This document shows positions 13,391 through 25,200 of a DNA stretch of 50,244 nucleotides, one piece after another. Origin of the DNA: Nemertoderma westbladi (taxonomy: Eukaryota > Animalia > Xenacoelomorpha). Location of the stretch: assembly GCA_032718475.1 (NCBI GenBank), contig JAUCBJ010002821.1:1-50244 (forward strand). The letters are read 5' to 3'. How positions within the stretch are numbered: position 1 is the stretch's first letter; each line of letters opens with the position of its first letter. A model generated the notes under the pieces. That model had not been told where the DNA came from. It saw only the letters and a program-made list of their open reading frames with translations, and made no database searches. The position numbers and the translations under genes are program-made.

Positions 13391-13756
13391 ATATATATAT
13401 ATATTATTAATAGCTCTTCCCAGTGTGCCAACTAATAGTATTATTATTGTAGTATAGTAGGCCTATACATGATATTGTAGCTCAAGCCAATCAGAGAGCT
13501 AAATTCCACAACTTTTTTTCCTTCATGTCCAAAAATCTGCGGAAAAAATCGAGACAGGAAAGTAGCTAAGAGCTTCTTAAAAAGTAAGGTAGCTCATTAT
13601 TGTTACCAACAAGTTCTTACCTTTAAGGGGAGCTGTAGCAGGCACAGTGTCTTTAGAGGTGTGCCCAAATACCACCTGTGTTGAGATCAGAAGCAGATAG
13701 CATAACATCTTGTAGTTTTGAGACAAACAGTCAGGTTGGACAATTAGGTTGTATAT

Positions 13757-14370
13757 CTACTACTACTACTACTAGGATCGGCATGCTGCATTGCAGCTGC
13801 ATTTTTAAGAATGCTGTGCCGGCTTGTCGACAAAATTGCGCCACCACAAATCCCTATCATCCAGGACATTTTCTAGATCATCCGCATCTTCAAGATCAGT
13901 GTCCTTTAAGATGCGTCACAAGAATGTCATGGGCTGTCCACCATGCTTATTCACATGCTTATGCTGCCAAAGCACAAGTTTATGCACTGGCTGGTCCTCA
14001 CGGCGAAAGCAATGTCCACCAAAGCAGAGGCGGCTTTGTTCTAGTGTCAAACTTGGGGGAACCAATGAGACACCTCCAATGTTATATAGTGTCTGGTTGG
14101 AGATGTGTGCATTGTACTTGACACAATGACCCCGGCGTAGCATTCTTGTGAATGTGCCATCCAGAGATTTGGTGTCCTCAGCAGTTAGAGCCCAGCATGG
14201 ACTCCCATAGAGGAGTACGGGAACTACTGCTGCTATAAATAATCGGACCTTATGTTTCCGATTAATTCTATCTGAGTGAATCTGACTTCCAATTCCTGGA
14301 AAGTCCATTCAAGGCTGCCCATGCCTTTCCCTTGCGTATTCGAAGGTCCTCATCTGACTTTCGGATCCAT
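13757..14370 (-). mobile_element. RTE-clade LINE 3' fragment (RT C-terminus, 3' UTR, (TAG)n tail)
   Basis: KVRLFIAAVVPVLLYGSPCWALT..SLDGTFTRMLRR..RLCFGGHCFR is typical of the RTE RT C-terminus; short tandem-repeat tail. Confidence 0.85.
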
Positions 14371-14409
14371 CAATATTCGTAAATTGGGTTATGATTGATG
14401 GGCGTACCC

Positions 14410-14630
14410 ACGTTACCTAGGATCAAGGATCCATAAGTCAGGTAAAAAGACCTTCGAATAAGTATGGGGAAGGCATGGCAGCCATAACACACAATACGTC
14501 GGAAACTCAAGGTTCCACTATTTAGAGCAGCAGTAGTCCAGTACTCCTTTATGGGAGTCCATCCTGGGCTCTAACTGCTGAGGACACCAAATATCTGGAT
14601 TGCACTTATACAAGAATGCTGCGCCGGGTA
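14410..14630 (+). mobile_element. Second, diverged RTE fragment in opposite orientation
   Basis: TACCTAGGATCA (YLGS) and ATGGGAGTCCATCCTGGGCTCTAACTGCTGAGGACACCAAA are the near reverse complement of ~14130-14370; frameshifted. Confidence 0.75.
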
Positions 14631-15402
14631 TGTTAACCCAAGACAAGACAAAGGGTGACTTTCTGTCCAGTACTGTAATACTAAGGAATACTTTCTTGGT
14701 ATTTGATTGTACCCTAGTAAGAATAGCTATGCAGGCACAGCTGCTCCTCTCCGTTCTGCATTGAGTTAAAAAGGTTTTCTGCATCAATGTCCATGAAGAC
14801 CTGCCCCACTGTCAGGTCTTATGGTCTTCAGACCTCAACATAGTTACTGTAATTTTGATTTTCCGTTGGATTGTTTAATTTTAATTTTACTGAATTGAAT
14901 CGGTTCAAGAAAACTGAACGATAAATTTTTTGCTACAATAAGTGAAACATGAATAGAGTAAAAATATTATAAAGTAATCGTTTATACCGTCTCATATTTA
15001 TATAAAGTTGTGTTAATCCGTTGCATAGTGTGATTAATCTACTAATGTGTCGCCGCAAATACTGTAAGTACAGCAGGAATGTTGTAAATAAGATATGAAA
15101 TATGGAACATGTAAACCCGTAAATCTTAGGCCATATAAACAACCTACCGTATGTTGTACACACATCTCTACTTAATATCATTACACTAAATAAATATGTT
15201 GAGTAAACAGTTCAGGTAACATTTCGACGTTAATCTCCATAATGTATATAAAATATTAGTTAATTTGTTTGTTTTAGGGCGGCGAGACCGGGTATAGTAG
15301 TATGGGAACAGTTCAAGGGTATTTAATTAGTTTTAAGTATATCTGTCAACATTCTAATGTTGCTGCTCATGTAGTGAAATTGTAGTCATGTAGGTGAAGT
15401 TC

Positions 15403-17612
15403 CAGAAACTCAGATACAAATCGGGTACATACGTAATTCTGGAAAAAATTGGGAACTTACGGAACTGTGATACCGAAAATGGGGGACTTACGGAACTCTG
15501 ATACCAAAAATGGACTTTCGGAACTCTGATACCAAAAATGGGGGACTTACGGAACTCTGATACCAAAAATAGGGGACTTACGGAACCCTGATACTAAAAA
15601 TGGGGAACTTTCGGAACTCTGATACCAGAAATGGGGGACTTACGGAACTCTGATACAAAAATGGGGTACTTACAGAACTCTAATACTAAAAATGGGGACT
15701 TACAGAACTCTGATACTAAAAATGGGGAACTTACGGAACTCTGATACCAAAAATAGGGGACTTACAGAACTCTAATACTAAAAATGGGGGACTTCAGAAC
15801 TCTGATACTAAAATGGGGACCTTTCGGAACTCTGATACTAAAAATGGGGAACTTACGGAACTCTGATACTAAAAATTGGGGACCTACAGAACTCTGATAC
15901 TAAAATTGGGGACTTACGGAACTCTGATACTAAAAATGGGGAACTTACGGAACTCTGATACTAAAAATGGGGAACTTACAGATCTCTGATACTAAAATTG
16001 GGGACTTACGGAACTCTGATACTAAAAATGGGGAACTTACAGATCTCTGATACTAAAATTGGGGAACTTACGGAACTCTGATACCAAAAATAGGGGACTT
16101 ACAGAACTCTAATACTAAAAATGGGGGACTTCAGAACTCTGATACTAAAAATGGGGACTTACAGAACTCTGATACCAAAAATGGGGAACTTACGGAACTC
16201 TGATACCAAAAATGGACTTTCGGAACTCTGATACCAGAAATGGGGGACTTACGGAACTCTGATACCAAAAATAGGGGACTTACGGAACCCTGATACTAAA
16301 AATGGGGAACTTTCGGAACTCTGATACCAGAAATGGGGGACTTACGGAACTCTGATACAAAAATGGGGTACTTACAGAACTCTAATACTAAAAATGGGGA
16401 CTTACAGAACTCTGATACTAAAAATGGGGAACTTACGGAACTCTGATACCAAAAATAGGGGACTTACAGAACTCTAATACTAAAAATGGGGGACTTCAGA
16501 ACTCTGATACTAAAATGGGGACCTTTCGGAACTCTGATACTAAAAATGGGGAACTTACGGAACTCTGATACTAAAAATTGGGGACCTACAGAACTCTGAT
16601 ACTAAAATTGGGGACTTACGGAACTCTGATACTAAAAATGGGGAACTTACGGAACTCTGATACTAAAAATGGGGAACTTACAGATCTCTGATACTAAAAT
16701 TGGGGACTTACGGAACTCTGATACTAAAAATGGGGAACTTACAGATCTCTGATACTAAAATTGGGGAACTTACGGAACTCTGATACCAAAAATAGGGGAC
16801 TTACAGAACTCTAATACTAAAAATGGGGGACTTCAGAACTCTGATACTAAAAATGGGGACTTACAGAACTCTGATACCAAAAATGGGGAACTTACGGAAC
16901 TCTGATACCAAAAATAGGGGACTTACAGAACTCTAATACTAAAAATGGGGGACTTCAGAACTCTGATACTAAAAATGGGGACTTACAGAACTCTGATACT
17001 AAAATGGGGACCTTTCGGAACTCTGATACTAAAAATGGGGAACTTACGGAACTCTGATACTAAAAATTGGGGACCTACAGAACTCTGATACTAAAATTGG
17101 GGACTTACGGAACTCTGATACTAAAAATGGGGAACTTACGGAACTCTGATACTAAAAATGGGGAACTTACAGATCTCTGATACTAAAATTGGGGACTTAC
17201 GGAACTCTGATACTAAAAATGGGGAACTTACAGATCTCTGATACTAAAATTGGGGACTTACGGAACTCTGATACTAAAATGGGGTACTGTACTTACAGAA
17301 TTCTGATACTAAAAATGGGGAACTTACGGAACTCTGATACAAAAATGGGGTACTTACAGAACTCTGATACTAAAAATGGGGAACTTACGGAACTCTGATA
17401 CTAAAATGGGGTACTGTACTTACAGAATTCTGGTACTAAAAATGGGGAACTTACGGAACTCTGATACAAAAATGGGGTACTTACAGAACTCTGATACTAA
17501 AAATGGGGAACTTACGGAACTCTGATACAAAAATGGGGTACTTACAGAACTCTGATACTAAAAATGGGGAACTTACTGAACTCTGATACCAAAAATGGGG
17601 TACTTACAGAAC
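15403..17612. repeat. ~31-bp satellite (CGGAACTCTGATACTAAAAATGGGGAACTTA), about 70 copies, with a ~702-bp higher-order duplication
   Basis: Tandem units of about 28-34 bp; rare variants (AATGGACTTTCGG, CGGAACCCTG) recur 702 bp apart (15501/16203, 15581/16283). Confidence 0.95.
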
Positions 17613-17921
17613 TTTATGACACAAACAACTTTTTTGATTATTATGTAAAATAAGTTGTATATTAATTACAGGTACATAACAGAATTAATAATGCACTGGT
17701 ATTGATTGAGAATTAAACGGGGTTTAATTAAAATGAAGAGGTGATTCGACGTCTTCTACAGGGAGTTGGTTTGGGGTATTGGGGTTCAGCAGTTCCGTAT
17801 TTGAGGAACGTTCCGCTGGTTCAGTTCTGTCGCGGACTCCGTTTCTCGCTGCCCATGAAGGAATAGTCAAGTCAATCTACGTATCTTCAGACTCAAAAGA
17901 AATTCGCAATCAATTCAAAGA

Positions 17922-18006
17922 GACATATAGGCATATAGACATATAGGCATATAGGCATCGAGGCATATAGACATATAGGCATCGAGGCATATAGACATAT
18001 AGGCAT
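17922..18006. repeat. Short 8-bp-based tandem repeat (CATATAGG/CATATAGA/CATCGAGG)
   Basis: About 10 imperfect units visible. Confidence 0.7.
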
Positions 18007-18588
18007 TATTTTTCGGATCATACCTACTGTATTATTCATGGTCGGTAGGCCTAATTATAGTTAAATTGGCATAAGCTAAACAAAAAGGTACAGGCTATAG
18101 AAGAATTAGGTTCGCTGTCTGACAGATGCTGTCTTTTTGTATTTTTTAGATATTATTTTAATGTTTGTTGAAGCTACTGAGTTTTGAATAAAATATATAT
18201 TTTATATAAGCCGGTATGAAAGTCGTATTAAAGAGATTTCACCGCTTAAAAAAGTCGTTTTAACGAGGTTTCATTCAAATTTGTTTCAATGATATTTCAT
18301 TGTTGAAGGTCGATTAATAAATGATACAGGTTTAAATTTAATTATTAATTACGTTGCTAAATTAATAGCTACACAAGCCGTGAGAATAATCATGGACTTC
18401 TGGAATATTAATTTCTACCTTATAAATAAATTAATTAAATATTAGATCAGTAATTATATTGGTGATTATTTATAACATTAATATATGTTTAGTATGTAGG
18501 ATCTAAAAGAAATAGTTATAAAAATATATTCTATTTTTATACACTTTTGGTGATATTAGCAAAATAATGTAGAATAAAAAAATATGTT

Positions 18589-18966
18589 TCAAAATAATTG
18601 CGAAATAGTTAGGGAACCCCTGTATTCGCATAGATTGACTGAACTAGAAGTCGGCATCCCAATATCTTCATTCTCTGTTTTCTGATTGGTTTCGGCGATT
18701 TCTGTATCCCGACGTTGTTTCAGACACATTATTAGGATTGCTACCGATAATGCTATTATGACAACCGATGCTATACCCAATATAATATATATCGCTATTG
18801 GAATATCGTTATTCTCCTCCCCAACTACTTTCTCACTTTTACCGCCAGCAAACTTTGCGCAATTTGTTTGTTCACTACAGTCGCATTGTCCTGTAGATTC
18901 AACCGTTGTAACAGTAGTTCTAATAGCAGCATAGGCTAACAACGCCAGTAGTATTCTTGAGTTCAT
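18589..18966 (-). CDS. Putative small type I single-pass membrane protein (125 aa), family unknown
   Basis: MNSRILLALLAYAAI signal-peptide-like start; short ectodomain with 3 Cys; hydrophobic segment IPIAIYIILGIASVVIIALSVAILIMCL followed by the basic stop-transfer KQRR; acidic tail. May be one exon of a larger gene. Confidence 0.6.
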   Translation of the reverse strand: MNSRILLALLAYAAIRTTVTTVESTGQCDCSEQTNCAKFAGGKSEKVVGEENNDIPIAIYIILGIASVVIIALSVAILIMCLKQRRDTEIAETNQKTENEDIGMPTSSSVNLCEYRGSLTISQLF

Positions 18967-19141
18967 AGTCAATGTACTCTGTGTAATAATGTTTTGAGAA
19001 TGTTACATATACAGGATCTCAACTTCCACTGGAGTTCGTAATTTTAGTTCTAACAATAAAACAATAAAGTTTATGGTATTTCGAGTAGCGAAGTTAAATT
19101 GTTACCTAATACACCATAATAGTGTCATATTTTTCAGGTAA

Positions 19142-19172
<31 letters not shown>

Positions 19173-19222
19173 ATTATTTTACTAATCTTTTAATTAGATT
19201 GCAAGAAATTTGAGACAGAAAT

Positions 19223-22200
19223 GGTTACATCTCTTTCCTCATTACTGGGTGAGTCAGCACTAGTTACACCTCCCTCCTCCTTACTGGGTGAGTCAGCACT
19301 AGTTACACCTCCTTCCTCATTACTGGGTGAGTCAGCACTAGTTACACCTCCTTCCTCATTACTGGGTGAGTCAGCACTAGTTACACCTCCCTCCTCCTTA
19401 CTGGGTGAGTCAGCACTAGTTACACCTCCTTCCTCATTACTGGGTGAGTCAGCACTAGTTACACCTCCCTCCTCCTTACTGAGTGAGTCAGCACTAGTTA
19501 CACCTCCCTCCTCCTTACTGGGTGAGTCAGCACTAGTTACACCTCCCTCCTCCTTACTGAGTGAGTCAGCACCAGTTACACCTCCCTCCTCCTTACTGGG
19601 TGAGTCAGCACTAGTTACACCTCCCTCCTCCTTACTGGGTGAGTCAGCACTAGTTACACCTCCCTCCTCCTTACTGGGTGAGTCAGCACTAGTTACACCT
19701 CCCTCCTCCTTACTGGGTGAGTTAGTACTAGTTACACCTCCCTCCTCCTTACTGGGTGAGTCAGCACGAGTTACACCTCCCTCCTCCTTACTGGGTGAGT
19801 CAGCACTAGTTACACCTCCCTCCTCCTTACAGGGTGAGTCAGCACTAGTTACACCTCCCTCCTCCTTACTGGGTGAGTCAGTACTAGTTACACCTCCCTC
19901 CTCCTTACTGGGTGAGTCAGCACTAGTTACACCTCCCTCCTCCTTACTGGGTGAGTTAGTACTAGTTACACCTCCCTCCTCCTTACTGGGTGAGTCAGCA
20001 CGAGTTACACCTCCCTCCTCCTTACTGGGTGAGTCAGCACTAGTTACACCTCCCTCCTCCTTACAGGGTGAGTCAGCACTAGTTACACATCCCTCCTCCT
20101 TATTGGGTGAGTCAGCACTAGTTACACCTCCCTCCTCCTTACTGGGTGAGTCAGCACTAGTTACACCTCCTTCCTCATTAGTTGGTGAGTCAGCACTAGT
20201 TACACCTCCCTCCTCATTAGTGGTTGAGTCAGCACTAGTTACACCTCCCTCCTTCTTACTGGGTGAGTCAGCACTAATTACACCACCCTCCTCCTTACTG
20301 GGTGAGTCAGCACTAGTTACACCTCCCACCTCCTTACTGGGTCTAGTTACACCTCCTTCCTCATTACTGGGTGAGTCAGCACTAATTACACCACCCTCCT
20401 CCTTACTGGGTAAGTCAGCACTAGTTACACCTCCCTCCTCCTCACTGGGTGAGTCAGTACTAGTTACACCTCCCTCCTTCTTACTGGGTGAGTCAGCACT
20501 AATTACACCACCCTCCTCCTTACTGGGTGAGTCAGCACTAGTTACACCTCCCACCTCCTTACTGGGTCTAGTTACACCTCCCACCTCCTTACTGTGTGAG
20601 TCAGTACTAGTTACACCTCCCTCCTCCTTACTGGGTGAGTCAGCGCTAGTTACACCTCCCTCATCCTTACTGGGTGAGTCAGCACTAATTACACCACCCT
20701 CCTCCTTACAGGGTGAGTCAGCACTAGTTACACCTCCCTCCTCCTCACTGGGTGAGTCAGTACTAGTTACACCTCCCTCCTTCTTACTGGGTGAGTCAGC
20801 ACTAATTACACCACCCTCCTCCTTACTGGGTGAGTCAGCACTAGTTACACCTCCCACCTCCTTACTGGGTCTAGTTACACCTCCCACCTCCTTACTGTGT
20901 GAGTCAGTACTAGTTACACCTCCCTCCTCCTTACTGGGTGAGTCAGCGCTAGTTACACCTCCCTCATCCTTACTGGGTGAGTCAGCACTAATTACACCAC
21001 CCTCCTCCTTACAGGGTGAGTCAGCACTAGTTACACCTCCCTCCTCCTTATTGGGTGAGTTAGCACTAGTTACACCTCCCTCCTCCTTACTGGGTGAGTC
21101 AGCACTAGTAACACCTCCCTCCTCCTTACTGGTTGAGTTAGTACTAGTTACACCTCCCTCCTCCTTACTGGGTGAGTCAGCACTAGTTACACCTCACTCC
21201 TCCTTACTGGTTGAGTTAGTACTAGTTACACCTCCCTCCTCCTTACTGGGTGAGTCAGCACTAGTTACACCTCCCTCCTCCTTACTGGGTGAGTCAGCAC
21301 TAGTTACACCTCCTTCCTCATCAGTTTGTGAGTCAGCACTAGTTACACCTCCCTCCTCCTTACTGGGTGAGTCAGCACTAGTTACACCTCCCTCCTCCTT
21401 ACTGGGTGAGTCAGCACTAGTTACACCTCCCTCCTCCTTACTGGGTGAGTCAGCACTAGTTACACCTCCCTCCTCCTTATTGGGTGAGTCAGTACTAGTT
21501 ACACCTCCCTCCTCCTTACCGGGTGAGTCAGCGCTAGTTACACCTCCCACCTCCTTACTTGGTGAGTCAGCACTAGTTACACCTCCCTCCTCCTTATTGG
21601 GTGAGTTAGCACTAGTTACACCACCCTCCTCCTTACAGGGTGAGTTAGTACTAGTTACACCTCCCTCCTCCTTACTGGGTGAGTCAGCACTAGTTACACC
21701 TCCCTCCTCCTTACCGGGTGAGTCAGCACTAGTTACACCTCCCTCCTCCTTATTGGGTGAGTTAGCACTAGTTACACCACCCTCCTCCTTACAGGGTGAG
21801 TTAGTACTAGTTACACCTCCCTCCTCCTTACTGGGTGAGTCAGCACTAGTTACACCTCCCTCCGCCTTACTGGGTGAGTCAGCGCTAGTTACACCTCCCT
21901 CATCCTTACTGGGTGAGTCAGCACTAGTTACACCTCCCTCCTCCTTACTGGGTGAGTCAGCACTAGTTACACCTCCCTCCTCCTTACCGGGTGAGTCAGC
22001 ACTAGTTACACCTCCCTCCTCCTTACAGGGTGAGTCAGCACTAGTTACACCTCCCTCCTCCTTATTGGGTGAGTTAGCACTAGTAACACCTCCCTCCTCC
22101 TCACTGGGTGAGTCAGTACTAGTTACACCTCCCTCCTCCTTACTGGGTGAGTCAGCACTAGTTACACCTCCCTCATCCTTACTGGGTGAGTCAGCACTAA

Positions 22201-25200
22201 TTACACCACCCTCCTCCTTACAGGGTGAGTCAGCACTAGTTACACCTCCCTCCTCCTTATTGGGTGAGTCAGCACTAGTTACACCTCCCTCCTCCTTACT
22301 GGGTGAGTCAGCACTAGTTACACCTCCCTCCTCCTTACCGGGTGAGTCAGCACTAGTTACACCTCCCTCCTCCTTATTGGGTGAGTCAGCACTAGTTACA
22401 CCTCCCTCCTCCTTACTGGGTGAGTCAGCACTAGTTACACCTCCTTCCTCCTTACTAGGTGAGTCAGCACTAGTTACACCTCCCTCCTCCTTACTGGGTG
22501 AGTCAGTACTAGTTACACCTCCCTCCTCCTTACTGGGTGAGTCAGCACTAGTTACACCTCCCTCATCCTTACTGGGTGAGTCAGCACTAATTACACCACC
22601 CTCCTCCTTACAGGGTGAGTCAGCACTAGTTACACCTCCCTCCTCCTTATTGGGTGAGTTAGCACTAGTAACACCTCCCTCCTCCTCACTGGGTGAGTCA
22701 GTACTAGTTACACCTCCCTCCTCCTTACTGGGTGAGTCAGCACTAGTTACACCTCCCTCATCCTTACTGGGTGAGTCAGCACTAATTACACCACCCTCCT
22801 CCTTACAGGGTGAGTCAGCACTAGTTACACCTCCCTCCTCCTTATTGGGTGAGTCAGCACTAGTTACACCTCCCTCCTCCTTACTGGGTGAGTCAGCACT
22901 AGTTACACCTCCCTCCTCCTTACCGGGTGAGTCAGCACTAGTTACACCTCCCTCCTCCTTATTGGGTGAGTCAGCACTAGTTACACCTCCCTCCTCCTTA
23001 CTGGGTGAGTCAGCACTAGTTACACCTCCTTCCTCCTTACTAGGTGAGTCAGCACTAGTTACACCTCCCTCCTCCTTACTGGGTGAGTCAGCACTAGTTA
23101 CACCTCCCTCCTCATTAGTGGGTGAGTCAGCACTAGTTAAACCTCCCTCCTCCTTATTGGGTGAGTCAGCACTAGTTACACCTCCCTCCTCCTTACTGGG
23201 TGAGTCAGTACTAGTTACACCTCCCTCCTCCTTACTGGGTGAGTCAGCACTAGTTACACCTCCCTCCTCCTTACTGGGTGAGTCAGCACTAGTTACACCT
23301 CCCTCCTCCTTACTGGGTGAGTCAGCACTAGTTACACCTCCTTCCTCATTACTGGGTGAGTCAGCACTAGTTACACCTCCCTCCTCATTAGTGGGTGAGT
23401 CAGCACTAGTTACACCTCCCTCCTCATTAGTGGGTGAGTCAGCACTAGTTACACCTCCTTCCTCCTTATTGGGTGAGTCAGCACTAGTTAAACCTCCCCC
23501 CTTCTTACTGGGTGAGTCAGCACTAGTTACACCACCCTCCTCCTTACAGGGTGAGTCAGCACTAATTACACCACCCTCCTCATTACAGGGTGAGTCAGCA
23601 CTAATTACACCACCCTCCTCCTTACAGGGTGAGTCAGCACTAATTACACCACCCTCCTCCTTACAGGGTGAGTCAGCACTAGTTACACCTCCCTCCTCCT
23701 TACTGGGTGAGTCAGTACTAGTTACACCTCCCTCCTCCTTACTGGGTGAGTCAGCACTAGTTACACCTCCCTCCTCCTTACTGAGTGAGTCAGCACTAGT
23801 TACACCTCCCTCCTCCTTACCGGGTGAGTCAGCACTAGTTACACCTCCCTCCTCCTTACTGGGTGAGTCAGCACTAGTTACACCTCCCTCCTCCTTATTG
23901 GGTGAGTCAGCACTAGTTACACCTCCCTCCTCCTTACTGGGTGAGTCAGCACTAGTTACACCTCCCTCCTCCTTACTGGGTGAGTCAGCACTAGTTACAC
24001 CTCCCTCCTCCTTACAGGGTGAGTCAGCACTAGTTACACCTCCCTCCTCCTTATTGGGTGAGTCAGCACTAGTTACACCTCCCTCCTCCTTATTGGGTGA
24101 GTCAGCACTAGTTACACCTCCCTCCTCATTAGTGGGTGAGTCAGCACTAGTTACACCACCCTCCTCCTTACAGGGTGAGTCAGCACTAGTTACACCTCCC
24201 TCCTCCTTATTGGGTGAGTCAGCACTAGTTAAACCTCCCTCCTCCTTACTGGGTGAGTCAGCACTAGTTACACCTCCCTCCTCCTTACTGGGTGAGTCAG
24301 CACTAGTTACACCTCCCTCCTCCTTACTGGGTGAGTCAGCTCTAGTTACACCTCCCTCCTCATTAGTGGGTGAGTCAGCACTAGTTACACCTCCCTCCTC
24401 CTTACCGGGTGAGTCAGCACTAGTTACACCTCCCTCCTCCTTACCGGGTGAGTCAGCACTAGTTACACCTCCCTCCTCCTTATTGGGTGAGTCAGCACTA
24501 GTTACACCTCCCTCCTCCTTACTGGGTGAGTCAGCACTAGTTACACCTCCCTCCTCCTTACTGGGTGAGTCAGCACTAGTTACACCTCCCTCCTCCTTAC
24601 AGGGTGAGTCAGCACTAGTTACACCTCCCTCCTCCTTATTGGGTGAGTCAGCACTAGTTACACCTCCCTCCTCCTTACTGGGTGAGTCAGCACTAGTTAC
24701 ACCTCCCTCCTCCTTACTGGGTGAGTCAGCACTAGTTACACCTCCCTCCTCCTTACTGGGTGAGTCAGCACTAGTTACACCTCCCTCCTCCTTACTGGGT
24801 GAGTCAGCACTAGTTACACCTCCCTCCTCATTAGTGGGTGAGTCAGCACTAGTTAAACCTCCCTCCTCCTTACTGGGTGAGTCAGCACTAGTTACACCTC
24901 CCTCCTCATTAGTGGGTGAGTCAGCACTAGTTACACCTCCCTCCTCATTAGTGGGTGAGTCAGCACTAGTTACACCTCCCTCCTCCTTACTGGGTGAGTC
25001 AGCACTAGTTACACCTCCCTCCTCATTAGTGGGTGAGTCAGCACTAGTTACACCTCCCTCCTCATTAGTGGGTGAGTCAGCACTAGTTAAACCTCCCTCC
25101 TCCTTATTGGGTGAGTCAGCACTAGTTACACCTCCCTCCTCCTTACTGGGTGAGTCAGCACTAGTTACACCTCCCTCCTCATTAGTGGGTGAGTCAGCAC

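Noticed and set aside
5435-13435. 2666-aa and 2623-aa + strand ORFs
   Set aside because: The 32-bp unit has no stop in any + frame, is not a multiple of 3 and contains 1-bp indels; the ORF starts are antisense Penelope sequence. Artefact of the satellite.
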